IMG/VR virus record: IMGVR_UViG_3300031576_000024
Span: 18,992 to 82,991 of that record
Length of the DNA: 64,000 nt
Origin: a virus
Direction: 5' to 3' (one strand)
Shown: in pieces, positions 29,913-39,760 of the stretch
Numbering within the stretch: the first letter of the stretch is position 1
Layout: every line of letters begins with the position of its first letter
The notes under the pieces: model-generated
The model's input: only the letters and a program-made list of their open reading frames with translations
The model's database searches: none
Told to the model about the DNA's origin: nothing
Position numbers and translations under genes: made by a program

Positions 29913-30337
29913 ACATTCGTACTTAAAGCAAACTGTTCCGCTTCTTCCTGTGTATCAAACCTGTAAATAACTTCCCACTTATTACGTCTAGCATCAAACG
30001 TAACGTTATCTACTGGACTCTGTTTTATAGCTTTACGTCTTGTATTTTTGTTATTTTGTGAGCTAGTAACCCATCTACAGTTACTAGGTTCATAGTTACC
30101 ATTAACATCAATACGATCTAACTGCAATCCTTGTTGCCATGTAGGAAACATATCATCTCTAAAGTTTTCAAAAGATTTTAACCAGCGTGTACAGACCTTA
30201 ATCCCTCTGCCGCCATAGTTGTAATAATATTTATCTTTGATATAATGACAACGTTGTCTCATACCAATCCATGAATTATATACAGGGTGTGTTTTCCCTC
30301 CTGAGGTAAATCCATGTTTTAAATGATTACTAGGCAT
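29909..30337 (-). CDS. HNH-family homing endonuclease-like protein (paralog 3)
   Basis: [12 protein letters not shown]...LQLDRIDVNGNYEPSNCRW. Confidence 0.85.
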   Translation of the reverse strand: MPSNHLKHGFTSGGKTHPVYNSWIGMRQRCHYIKDKYYYNYGGRGIKVCTRWLKSFENFRDDMFPTWQQGLQLDRIDVNGNYEPSNCRWVTSSQNNKNTRRKAIKQSPVDNVTFDARRNKWEVIYRFDTQEEAEQFALSTNV

Positions 30338-30351
30338 AATTATCTCCTAAG

Positions 30352-30370
30352 TAATTATACCTTAATCTTT
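30352..30370 (-). promoter_or_regulatory. Phage promoter motif copy (AAAGATTAAGGTATAATTA)
   Basis: 19-bp sequence identical to the copy at 57799-57817. Confidence 0.75.
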
Positions 30371-30395
30371 ATTCAATCAGTTAAATAAAGTTCAA

Positions 30396-33383
30396 CTACC
30401 CCTGTCCAGCCACATTTGCACCCACTACGATGCCGGGCGCAGGGTGTACATTTAGGTACACTCTCAGACCTTGGAATACAGCGTTCTTACCTAGCTCACT
30501 ATGGGTGATAGTAAACCTAATGTATTCGCCTCCGCTTAGTCCCTGTGGGCGGTATCTCTGAATGCTACTTCCGGCCGGGAAGGCGAAAGTAAACGTTTGG
30601 GAATCCCGTACTGTTTGAGATAGGGCCGATCCGTCAGCCGTCTCTACCAGCACTGTCCAGTTGTGTGCCTCTCCATCCTCTTCCCTGGCCCGTAGCTCGA
30701 CGTAAGAGGGTGATACCCGTCCTGTGACACCCTCGAATTCTGCGCCTAGGCTACCGGCTCTGATCCAGCCCGTTTGCATTTGCATTGTGACCGCCGAGGC
30801 CGCACCAGCGGCATTCGTGTAGTTGTCAGAATCTTGGTTGAAAAACTCGTACAACATCCCGTCGTTCCCGCCGACAAAGAGGTGATAGTCCCCGTTCGCA
30901 TCTTCCATTTCTTCTGCACAGAGTAACTCCACTCCACTAGGCGGACTAAAGGTCCACCACCAACCATTACGAATATCATCATTTCCACCGTACTGATATA
31001 CTAGATACGTTGTGTACACGTTATCGTCATCCGGTATGGCAAATAACATTACGCTACGCCCTAGACTATGTACGGACCATATATGCTCAAGGTTTGTACG
31101 CTCGAAGTCATCAAACTTGTCCCGGATTATGTCCGTGATCTTATTCGTGTCTCTAAGGTCGAATAGTCTTACGCCGTCGCGGTCAGTCGCCCACCCATGC
31201 AGACGCGATTCCCCGCACGCGCGGAAGCCAAGGTTTCCCATACCCTTGCGTACCTTATCCACAAAGTAGTCAGGGTTATCACCCATGACACGCCAATAGT
31301 CTGTGCCTGTTGTAACGATAAGGCCAAGGCTGGTTTCATAGATACCAGTAATAGGAGTATCTAACTCGAATCCGTTGATTACCGGATACGACTCAGGCTC
31401 GTCATCGCTACTGTAGTATAGAACGTTAGGATTAAGCGGATCACCAGCCATGAACACTGTGCGCTTCCAAACCTTCATCATAGCGGCGAAGGGAGGTGGA
31501 CTATTATCGTTGAACTGTCCAAGTTCAGGCGGTGTCGAAACACCTAACTCTGTGTCTGCAATAGTGTCATTGAATGTCGTAGTAACGTTGTCATTAATTG
31601 TACCTACGAACAGGTATTCTGAACCGCCGGCTACCGTTCTGTAAATCTTACGAGCTACAACGGCAGGATCTACAGAAACAGGAATGCTTGATAAAGCAAT
31701 CGTTGAATACTTGCTCTCATCGACAATACGAAGATTGTCTATTCTTATATTAGCCGCTGTAACTAAAGTATCAATAAATGTAAACGTGTACTTAATGAAG
31801 TTGAGATTAGTTATAGACGGATCACCTACTTCATTATCAGGAGTATCAAGATCCATAGTAAGAGTAGTGAACCCATTTTCTTCAAGTTCATCTCTATCAA
31901 AGAAGTATTCAAATGCGTTACTAAATGAAGCGTCGTCGCCTATTTGAATCTTAAGGGCATTAGGGTCAAGATTAACCCGAGTACCAGTAGGAATTGAAAT
32001 GTCAACAAATACTTGACCACTTTTAGCTTCTGTGAAATTTGCTTGAGAGAAAGCAGACGCGGCTGCATTTACAAGGGTTGTTGTGAGTGTACCGGCAGTG
32101 TGAGTTATAACTACCGAGTGAGTACCTTGAGTTCTTGTTGTGCTGAATGCTACAGCAGCTCCACCTGCTTGAGTATAAGTAGTGCCGTCATCGTCATAGT
32201 TGTCAATGACGATTGTTACCTGTTCAGCTATTAGTGTTAAGTCAGCATCTATTGACGCGGGGCCGCTATTACTTTCCGTCCCGTACTCGTTTACGAACGT
32301 GATTTTGTAATTCCAAATCGACGTTTCCGAAGGTACGAATGTAGTACCTGCCGTTGAGAATGCGGGCGTAAGTGTGCCTCTGTCCAGAGACACAAGATGA
32401 TCCCAATAGAGATCAACCTCGGCCGCTGTACCAGTGGCATTAAATAACGCCTCAAAGCGGTAAGAAATTACAGCGCTTTCAACTAAATTCCCGCCTGATG
32501 TACCAGTATTACCAGTAGGAACAGCCGAGAAGTCGAATACTAATGTGTTCCACCCAGGACCGACTTCACCGACTCGGAAATCGTACCTGTGGAAGTTGTT
32601 ACCTAGCGTAGCATCAGACCCAAAATAGACCGAGATTGCACGGCCTGATGTTGCCAGATTACGAAACTCATCCTGAGGAATGTAAATACGGAGTTCGCCG
32701 CGGTCTTCAATTGTAGTATCAAAAGCTGAAGCCGACGTATTAAGTAGCTCAAAATAGCAAGAGGCTTGCCCAGCAGTCTTAAGCATCTTGATTGAATTAT
32801 CTTTGTAGGCAATAATTTCTTCAAGTGAAATCGTACAACCAGAGATACCAAAGCTACCTGTGCCTTCAAATCCTTGGACGATCGTTTCTTGACTACCTGG
32901 AGCAATGACGCCCCAATTTGACGTGCGATAGCCGTCATATTTGAAAAATGTGCCACGGCGGCCTCCTTTGAAGGGGTCTTGTGCAGTTACTAACATAAGA
33001 CGGTCGAAGTTACCATGAGAGCGGAAAAGCTTATTAGGCTGACCCGTAAGCATCGAAGTTGTCGTGCCGTCCGTATTAATCTTACGGACTGTCGTACCTA
33101 GCTGTGCTATTACGCTGCGGAGAATCTGTCCTGAGAAGTCTTGGCTCTTGTAAAACCCGATCCAAGACGTAGGCTTAGCCGCACCGCTTTCTGTGTAGAT
33201 GGCAGCTAACTTTCGACTGTTACCACGCATCTTCTGTAGTGAGCCGAATTCATAATAGAAATCGACATTCTGACATACAACTAGTTGATTGTGTTCCAAC
33301 AGGTCTGGATTCAACTTGGTGGCTAAACCCTGGAAATTCAACATGTCTATCGTCGGCTTTGTATTACGATCAGGCGAGGCCAT
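30396..33383 (-). CDS. Tail nozzle / DNA stabilization protein with inserted beta-sandwich domains
   Basis: NFQGL...NVDF N-terminus; YKITFVNEYGTES and ARKIYRT...F.DT motifs; propeller-like LYYS..DEPES; downstream of adaptor. Confidence 0.7.
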   Translation of the reverse strand: MASPDRNTKPTIDMLNFQGLATKLNPDLLEHNQLVVCQNVDFYYEFGSLQKMRGNSRKLAAIYTESGAAKPTSWIGFYKSQDFSGQILRSVIAQLGTTVRKINTDGTTTSMLTGQPNKLFRSHGNFDRLMLVTAQDPFKGGRRGTFFKYDGYRTSNWGVIAPGSQETIVQGFEGTGSFGISGCTISLEEIIAYKDNSIKMLKTAGQASCYFELLNTSASAFDTTIEDRGELRIYIPQDEFRNLATSGRAISVYFGSDATLGNNFHRYDFRVGEVGPGWNTLVFDFSAVPTGNTGTSGGNLVESAVISYRFEALFNATGTAAEVDLYWDHLVSLDRGTLTPAFSTAGTTFVPSETSIWNYKITFVNEYGTESNSGPASIDADLTLIAEQVTIVIDNYDDDGTTYTQAGGAAVAFSTTRTQGTHSVVITHTAGTLTTTLVNAAASAFSQANFTEAKSGQVFVDISIPTGTRVNLDPNALKIQIGDDASFSNAFEYFFDRDELEENGFTTLTMDLDTPDNEVGDPSITNLNFIKYTFTFIDTLVTAANIRIDNLRIVDESKYSTIALSSIPVSVDPAVVARKIYRTVAGGSEYLFVGTINDNVTTTFNDTIADTELGVSTPPELGQFNDNSPPPFAAMMKVWKRTVFMAGDPLNPNVLYYSSDDEPESYPVINGFELDTPITGIYETSLGLIVTTGTDYWRVMGDNPDYFVDKVRKGMGNLGFRACGESRLHGWATDRDGVRLFDLRDTNKITDIIRDKFDDFERTNLEHIWSVHSLGRSVMLFAIPDDDNVYTTYLVYQYGGNDDIRNGWWWTFSPPSGVELLCAEEMEDANGDYHLFVGGNDGMLYEFFNQDSDNYTNAAGAASAVTMQMQTGWIRAGSLGAEFEGVTGRVSPSYVELRAREEDGEAHNWTVLVETADGSALSQTVRDSQTFTFAFPAGSSIQRYRPQGLSGGEYIRFTITHSELGKNAVFQGLRVYLNVHPAPGIVVGANVAGQG

Positions 33384-34072
33384 TATGCGTCTCCGTAATT
33401 ACCACAGAAAGGTACTACTGCGCTCTGACTGGTTATGCGCCCATCCACGTACCTCTCCCACTTGATCTCAAACTCTGATCTAAGTCTGAGAATTGTTTTG
33501 ACTACCCCGTTCTCCTGCATCAACTCTGTATCGAGCCCGGCAACAACCGTGTCGTAAACCAGAAGTGAGGCGAACGTTAGCGGGAAGTCAGCATGGAGAG
33601 TATCACCACCGGCTGTCAACCTAGCAGGCAACCCGTAATACTCAATCCGTAGGGCATCTATATCGTCATCATTAGGAGCAGGCTCTAGTACAAAGCCTGA
33701 TCCGATAGGACGATAGTTAGGTAGGTAGTTGTCCCCGCTTGCGCTGGGGGTTGGATTAACACCTTCATGCCGTTCATATCTCTGAATAGGAAACGTAGAG
33801 CCATCATCCCTAACCATCTCTAGCTTGATTAGTCTTTCAAACCCAGGCGGCCAAGGATATCTTGATTGGCTTGCTACAAGGTCTGTGACAGCTACGTCGG
33901 TGAAATAGCCTTCGTGCGCGATAACTAGTTCGTTACAACGCATGCGGTACTGGTCGTTAAACAACTCCTTCAGCAAGTCATCTGTGTGATAACTCGCCGA
34001 AGCAGTTACTTCGTGGAGCATGCGGCGGACACGTTGTATGTAGCCCGAAAATGTTTCACTTGATTGGGCCAT
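33383..34072 (-). CDS. Head-tail adaptor protein, putative
   Basis: TF..YIQRVRRML...LVASQSRYPWP...LEPAP...LRIEYY pattern; immediately upstream of the nozzle. Confidence 0.65.
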   Translation of the reverse strand: MAQSSETFSGYIQRVRRMLHEVTASASYHTDDLLKELFNDQYRMRCNELVIAHEGYFTDVAVTDLVASQSRYPWPPGFERLIKLEMVRDDGSTFPIQRYERHEGVNPTPSASGDNYLPNYRPIGSGFVLEPAPNDDDIDALRIEYYGLPARLTAGGDTLHADFPLTFASLLVYDTVVAGLDTELMQENGVVKTILRLRSEFEIKWERYVDGRITSQSAVVPFCGNYGDA

Positions 34073-34338
34073 TAGTTAACCTTTAGTAACGGTACATACT
34101 TCTTTACCTTACCGCGAACCTTAGAGCTAGCTAGCTTAGCTAGTCGTCCTTCACTTACCTTAACATCGTGTAGAATAGAAGGACGTATTCTATTCATGCC
34201 AAGTTCCTTGGCATAGTGCGCGCGTGTACGCCCGCGCATGATAGAGCCTTGCAGCCAATCACCATACTCATTCTTAGTATACATCTTATCGGCCGGCTGA
34301 CCATATACAAGATTTCTCAGTCTACGTTCTTCAGGCAT
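34072..34338 (-). CDS. Small basic hypothetical protein
   Basis: TAATG-coupled ORF. Confidence 0.5.
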   Translation of the reverse strand: MPEERRLRNLVYGQPADKMYTKNEYGDWLQGSIMRGRTRAHYAKELGMNRIRPSILHDVKVSEGRLAKLASSKVRGKVKKYVPLLKVN

Positions 34339-34598
34339 TACTTACCGATCCACGTAGAGCCAATAGCTATAACTGTTGACACAATTACGCCAGCGATTGA
34401 ACCCCATACGCCAGCCTTTGACTTAAGAGACGTTACGTCCAATGAAATCTTAGTAACACCACTAGTAATCAAATCACGTAGTTCTTTAAAGTTTTCAGTA
34501 TCCGATTCCGTATGCTTTTCTACAGTGTCGTTCAATCTGTCTAACTCTGCTAATACGTGATTCTTCCATCGATCCCAACCGTTATCTTGGCCTTCCAT
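34338..34598 (-). CDS. Holin-like membrane protein, putative
   Basis: Coiled N-terminus plus one C-terminal transmembrane helix (AGVWGSIAGVIVSTVIAIG). Confidence 0.45.
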   Translation of the reverse strand: MEGQDNGWDRWKNHVLAELDRLNDTVEKHTESDTENFKELRDLITSGVTKISLDVTSLKSKAGVWGSIAGVIVSTVIAIGSTWIGK

Positions 34599-34792
34599 AT
34601 TTAACCATTTCTATTAGTCGTACTATTACCTGACGCCTAATGACTTTCCAAATGCACGTCTACGCAATCTGCCAGGGCTTAGTTTCTGTAAAGACTGCGC
34701 TGTGCGTGCTCTTGAATAAGCCGCAGGGCTACCAGTAGCGCTGCCTCGCATTGTTCCAATACCTTGTCTTATTCCCGATGATCCTGCTAACA

Positions 34793-35320
34793 TTATAGGC
34801 TCCTCAAAATTGTTCTAACTTGTCCCTTAGGCGGCGGATTCTCGATCTTCTCTTGGTACGCCGCCCGACGTGCTACCAAATCTGCGAATGTCTTAGGACC
34901 AGCTATTCCGTGTTTCTGATCCATTTCCTGAGCTAGCTTGAGCGATGCAGCTTCCGCTTTATCAGCCTTCTTTGTATACTTAGCCGACTTATTTACATGG
35001 AACCCTGCCGCAGTAGCTTTCTCACGAAGCCTGCCGGCTTTACCGTAGTAGTAATTAAGAAAGTCAGACTTGCTAGGTTGGTCCTCACTTCCAAATAAAC
35101 CACCAAAAATACCACCAGGATCTAAGATACGATTAGCCTCGCCTTGCCAACCTGAACCACCGCTACCAGGCACAAGTCCAGATGCCACTTGCTTAGGGCT
35201 TAGTGACTTTATAAATGTACTAGGCCGTTTAAATGAAGAGTAGGCCCTGTCCATATTTATAGTGTCAGTTGCACCAAACACAGGCTTACGTTTAGGAGTA
35301 TGAATAGGAGTGTATACCAT
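34793..35320 (-). CDS. Basic hypothetical protein
   Basis: 175-aa K/R/G-rich ORF, TAATG-coupled. Confidence 0.5.
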   Translation of the reverse strand: MVYTPIHTPKRKPVFGATDTINMDRAYSSFKRPSTFIKSLSPKQVASGLVPGSGGSGWQGEANRILDPGGIFGGLFGSEDQPSKSDFLNYYYGKAGRLREKATAAGFHVNKSAKYTKKADKAEAASLKLAQEMDQKHGIAGPKTFADLVARRAAYQEKIENPPPKGQVRTILRSL

Positions 35321-35622
35321 TACTTACTTGCTCCTTCAGTCTGCTCGACTTTCTTTCTTAATAATACCTTGCGCGGAGCGCGGCCAAGCGCGGTAGAAGG
35401 CTTAGGACTGCGCTTTTCTACCCTTGCATTAAGCCTTGCAGCCTTCTTAATCTTACCGGCTTCCGTCGCGGCCATCGCTCGTTCGCGCAAACGCCCTGTT
35501 TTCTCTGCACGCTTATCCGTCTTAGGTGCTAAAAGACCACCACCTGTCTTCGGCTTCCTATAATACTTACCATGTGCCTTAGAGGCTGCCTGTGCCGCTG
35601 ATGCTACTGATGATACTAACAT
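35320..35622 (-). CDS. Highly basic hypothetical protein
   Basis: K/R/A-rich 100-aa ORF with AGGAG RBS. Confidence 0.5.
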   Translation of the reverse strand: MLVSSVASAAQAASKAHGKYYRKPKTGGGLLAPKTDKRAEKTGRLRERAMAATEAGKIKKAARLNARVEKRSPKPSTALGRAPRKVLLRKKVEQTEGASK

Positions 35623-35638
35623 AATGGTCTCCTTTAAA

Positions 35639-35711
35639 TGGTAGCGGCGGCGGGAGTTGCGCCCGCGGAGGCTGGCTTATGAGGCCGGCTTGAATGCTCA
35701 TTCTCACCGCA
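35639..35711 (-). tRNA. tRNA with CAT anticodon (initiator Met-like, atypical)
   Basis: Minus strand reads TGCGGTG...CGCCGCT-A-CCA acceptor, anticodon loop CTCATAA, T-stem GCGGG/CCCGC, encoded CCA end. Confidence 0.8.
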
Positions 35712-35996
35712 ACAAACTATCTCATGCTTGTTCCGCGTTTGTACTTCTTTGAGAAGTGCGCGGCTTCTGCTTCTGTCTTAAACTCAATATACTCGCCCTT
35801 CTCTACAGCACTCTTTAACGCGCCAGTAGCAGGCCAATTTAACTTCTTTGTCGGTCGATCATACGTAATGTTGGGGAACGCTATGTGCTTACCTTTTAGC
35901 GGGCCGCTTTCCATCGACTTATAACTCATTTGATGACTAGCACCTTCATTCACTGTAACTCATCACTGGCCCATGCTTTATCTTCTAACTTACCCA

Positions 35997-36941
35997 TTAT
36001 CTTCTAACCTCTAATATCGACAGAACAAGATTCTGTGTAGTAAGAAAGCAGTCATTTCCATTGGATGCCGTTGTATCGCGTTCTTGCTCTATCCTATACT
36101 TCAACTTATGTATCCCGGCTTCCAATACTTGTGGAGGGCCGACAAGTGTTACAGTGTCTTGCCATCTATCCCATTTAGTTATAGCTGCATCTTTAAATCT
36201 TTTATTAAATGTAAACAGTGCTTCTTGACCGTCTAAATATAGTCTAAATCTAATACTGTCCGATCTTTGTATACCTTCGGAGCCAGCAGGCGTACCTTGC
36301 TCACCCCAAAGATATTGATGCATTACAGTAAAAAGACAAGTAGCTGAAGTTGGCAGGTTAAACTGCGGAATATCTAAAATCTGCTGGTCATAATCTGTAA
36401 CTCCGGGAGCTGATGTAACAAGCAACACATCGAAAGCTGTAGCACTGAATTCATACTTGATTACGTTACCAGCAGCACCTTCCACAAGGTTAGTGAAGGT
36501 AGCCTGTCCAGGTTCGATCTCAAACGCTACCGACCAATCACCTTCATCGTGGAAGCCACGCTTCACGCGCGTACCTACCGCACGCACGCGCATACGATAG
36601 GTGCGAGCTGGGTCTAATGTAGCAGGGAGTACGAAGGACGGTACGTTTACTTTGAATCTTGTAGCACTGGTAAAGGCTGCGTTATCAGCGAACTCTACTT
36701 CATATCTATTTATATTAGCATCTACCGCGTCCCAATTTACAGAGATGGCACCTGTAATACTGTCGTCTAGTTCCAACCCTACCACTCTAGGTAGTGGAGA
36801 ACGATTACGACGTGTAGCATTTGAAGAGACTTGATAGTTAGCAGCCTGACGCTTCTCTAGCTCAAGCTCCATCTTACGTAACCTTGATTCAAGCTCCTCG
36901 TCGTCTGTCGTTACGCCTAAGCGTTTGCTGCTAGTTGCCAT
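35997..36941 (-). CDS. Virion protein with fibronectin type III-like domain
   Basis: ISVNWDAV...YEVEFA...TYRMRVRAV...GDWS FN3 pattern. Confidence 0.65.
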   Translation of the reverse strand: MATSSKRLGVTTDDEELESRLRKMELELEKRQAANYQVSSNATRRNRSPLPRVVGLELDDSITGAISVNWDAVDANINRYEVEFADNAAFTSATRFKVNVPSFVLPATLDPARTYRMRVRAVGTRVKRGFHDEGDWSVAFEIEPGQATFTNLVEGAAGNVIKYEFSATAFDVLLVTSAPGVTDYDQQILDIPQFNLPTSATCLFTVMHQYLWGEQGTPAGSEGIQRSDSIRFRLYLDGQEALFTFNKRFKDAAITKWDRWQDTVTLVGPPQVLEAGIHKLKYRIEQERDTTASNGNDCFLTTQNLVLSILEVRR

Positions 36942-37644
36942 CGGGTGTCCACAGACCCGCTTCCTTATCAGTCAAAGGTCTTACTATCTTCTTATTGGAA
37001 AGGTTAGTGATGATTTCCTTCTGAGGATTAGTAGGTCGAGTTACACCGCTGGCAAAGTTAGCTGCGGCCTTCTTCATAAACCACGCATTCTCTGTCTGAA
37101 AGGCAGTCATCATACTGGAACGTTCCATCATCATCTGCTCACGTTCCTTTTCTTTCATAGTCTCTAGTAGCCTATTGTATGACTTTGCGCCGTAGCGGTC
37201 ACTCCAGCGCGCCTGTGCATTCAGTCTAGCAGCGACTAGCGACAGATAGTCACCTTCAACCGACTCAAGGCGGAGAATGTGCGCCCAAGCACCAGCAGGC
37301 TTACAGCAACGCCAAACATGCCAAGCGCCGTAGTTATTAGGATGCCATTCCTTATCATATTGACCCTGTTCAAGTAACGGTTCTCCGTGCCTATTAACTA
37401 GGACATGTCCGAAGTTAAGCTGACCATAATCAATGTTGATAGTATATCTAGGATCTTCCAAGCTCCCCGGATCTTGATTGATGAAATTATCCCATAGGAC
37501 TTGGTATTGGTGCCATACTAGATATAGGTTCTCGTCAATACCCTTAATGTTGTCGAAGAATATGGAAGGTACATCTAATCCGAGCATGCACCTGCGGTAT
37601 CCAAAATACTGCGGTCTAAATAGCTTAGGTAGTTCTGTTATCAT
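36931..37644 (-). CDS. Hypothetical protein
   Basis: 237-aa ORF in the late arm. Confidence 0.55.
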   Translation of the reverse strand: MITELPKLFRPQYFGYRRCMLGLDVPSIFFDNIKGIDENLYLVWHQYQVLWDNFINQDPGSLEDPRYTINIDYGQLNFGHVLVNRHGEPLLEQGQYDKEWHPNNYGAWHVWRCCKPAGAWAHILRLESVEGDYLSLVAARLNAQARWSDRYGAKSYNRLLETMKEKEREQMMMERSSMMTAFQTENAWFMKKAAANFASGVTRPTNPQKEIITNLSNKKIVRPLTDKEAGLWTPDGN

Positions 37645-38050
37645 GCTTCTCCCAGCATACGACTGTATGCAGCAATGGCTTCTTCTTTGGTATTAAATCT
37701 TTTAGATATAATCCAACGATCTTTCGATTTATCATATATTACGTAATCAACATCACTTTGTTTGGGAGCTTTAGTTCTGCGATTTTTTTGATTCTGTTAA
37801 GATGTTACCCAGCGACAATTACCAGGTTCGTAATTGCCGTCATTATTGATACGGTCTAGCTGTAAACCCTCTTCCCAAGTAGGTAACATATCTTTTGCAA
37901 AGTTCTCAAAAGACGTTAACCATCTTTCACATACCTTAATGCCACGGCCGCCGTAGTACACTTATACGTTGATAACTTTTTATTATAACAACGTTGTTTT
38001 ATACTTCGCCAACAATTATAAGGAGGGTAATTTCTTAATTTACTAGGCAT
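37641..38050 (-). pseudogene. Disrupted HNH paralog (frameshift plus in-frame TAA)
   Basis: MPSKLRNYPPYNCWRSIKQRCYN.. then a frameshift near 37958 into [13 protein letters not shown]...[29 protein letters not shown]...RFNTKEEA. Confidence 0.88.
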
Positions 38051-38129
38051 CTTAATAGAAAAGGCAAAGCATCTCCCTAAGAAACACCTTGCCCTTTATC
38101 TCCCTTAATATTTGAAACCAGTTCCTTAC

Positions 38130-38387
38130 TTAGAAACCGTAGATTACCAGTACGCCTGTTTCTGCTACAAGGCCAGCGTTTGTAAGCGTGATTGTGCGCC
38201 CGCTGATCTCTACTAATGTTCCAACATCGTTTGCGGCTACTGTCGCTGATGTGGGTACGAAATAAGCAAATACCGGACGTTGAAGGTTCGATGTAACCGT
38301 ATCGGCAGAGTTTACCGCTGATAGGTTAATTACTTCCTTCTTCATCGGTCCTTCTACCGCTGTGAATCTTTGAGATACTGTTGCCAT
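38130..38387 (-). CDS. Small virion structural protein, putative
   Basis: T/V/A/S-rich beta protein downstream of the capsid gene. Confidence 0.5.
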   Translation of the reverse strand: MATVSQRFTAVEGPMKKEVINLSAVNSADTVTSNLQRPVFAYFVPTSATVAANDVGTLVEISGRTITLTNAGLVAETGVLVIYGF

Positions 38388-38587
38388 TACTGTCTCCTAT
38401 TTGAGAATTTCTATTTCTCTCTTCTTGAGTGTTCGAGCACGTCTATCATTGGACACCTTTGCGGCCCAATTTACTCGCATGCTTTTCTTACAATCGGAGC
38501 AGTAGTCCCTAGAGATAGCACCTTCCTTTAAGAAGATAACATCTTTGCATCGAGTACAAATTGCTTCGGTTGTGTTCATAAAGGGTC

Positions 38588-38624
38588 AAAAAAATGGGGG
38601 CGCATGGGTTACATACACCCCCAT
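38588..38624 (-). terminator. Rho-independent terminator
   Basis: Minus strand ATGGGGGTGTATG-TAACC-CATGCGCCCCCAT followed by a T-run. Confidence 0.8.
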
Positions 38625-38655
38625 TCCTTATTTCTGTGCTATAAGCTATGTTAGC

Positions 38656-39033
38656 TTATAGAAGTTCGACATCCATTACAGAGTCGCCTTCAGCTACGAA
38701 CGATAGTTCGCTTGTAGAGCTAGCGTCTTGGAATACACCGCTTGTTGTTAGCACTTCAAACACATAGAATTGCTGTGCTGAAGCTGAGTAAACGGCTGTT
38801 CTAACAACAGTGTTGCCGTGTTCCTCTACTACCTTCAGAGAAATATGGTCGATAGTCGATAGTCCTACGTCAGCGGGCGTCAGGCGTTCACCTTCGCCCG
38901 GGCTTCCGCCGGCCGCTGCTGTTAAGGTGATACGACCTACTGTTCTCGTCTTTCCCTGTACCGGAACACCACCTGCGGTGCGCCCTGCGCCGGGAATCCA
39001 TTGCTTAAATGTCGGTTTAACTGTTCTTGCCAT
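38656..39033 (-). CDS. Capsid decoration/cement protein, putative
   Basis: Beta-rich ORF ending ELSFVAEGD; follows the capsid gene and precedes a terminator. Confidence 0.5.
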   Translation of the reverse strand: MARTVKPTFKQWIPGAGRTAGGVPVQGKTRTVGRITLTAAAGGSPGEGERLTPADVGLSTIDHISLKVVEEHGNTVVRTAVYSASAQQFYVFEVLTTSGVFQDASSTSELSFVAEGDSVMDVELL

Positions 39034-39138
39034 TGTCTTTTCCTTTTTCTCAAAGTTATCCTTTCCTCATGGGAATAGCCTTACTTCAAATTTGATTGTG
39101 AACGAGCGTTCCTCACACCCTTTGTATGAAACTATACG

Positions 39139-39462
39139 CTATACGTCTTCGTCTTCGTTAAAGTTCTGCGCGCCTTGGTGTACAGAGACAATGAGTACAT
39201 CATCGCCTACTGCTCCTGCGAGCGTTACTGTTCTGAAAACGCCATCTGAGTCTGCATCTGATGCAGTTACCGTTACAGTAGGATCGCCGCTTCTTTCAAG
39301 CTGCTTTACTGAAGCTGTTGAACTTGCAGGTTCAGCTAGAGTCGGGATTCTAAATGTGTCCGATGCTGATACTAGCTTAAAACCATGAACGCCAACTACG
39401 ACGCCACGAGTCTTATCACGTAGATCAAACCATTGCTGCGATTTAGGAGTAATTAATGCCAT
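39139..39462 (-). CDS. Small virion protein (paralog of 39473-39757)
   Basis: PTVTVTASDADSD..RTVTLAG..DVLIVSVH aligns with the neighbour's PTVTLGSSDSD..KNVTVSG..DVITYH. Confidence 0.55.
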   Translation of the reverse strand: MALITPKSQQWFDLRDKTRGVVVGVHGFKLVSASDTFRIPTLAEPASSTASVKQLERSGDPTVTVTASDADSDGVFRTVTLAGAVGDDVLIVSVHQGAQNFNEDEDV

Positions 39463-39472
39463 CTAAAGCTCC

Positions 39473-39757
39473 TTATCCCTTTGAACCGGCTACTGCTGTT
39501 TGGTGATATGTAATCACGTCTACTAGACCTGACCCACCACCTGAAACAGTAACGTTCTTTTGGAAGTCTGAATCGCTCGAACCCAGAGTAACAGTAGGTG
39601 CAGTTTGTCCATCAGTAGGTACCGCACGAACGATATCTGCTGACTGATCTACGCTAACTGTGTTTGATCCGCCGTCGTGTCGAACCTGGGTAATGACGTA
39701 TTGGCGTCTACCTAGTCCTTCAACTTGTTTCTGTCCTAAAATGCCTAGTGAAGCCAT
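39473..39757 (-). CDS. Small virion protein (paralog of 39139-39462)
   Basis: See paralog; GGAG RBS. Confidence 0.55.
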   Translation of the reverse strand: MASLGILGQKQVEGLGRRQYVITQVRHDGGSNTVSVDQSADIVRAVPTDGQTAPTVTLGSSDSDFQKNVTVSGGGSGLVDVITYHQTAVAGSKG

Positions 39758-39760
39758 TGC

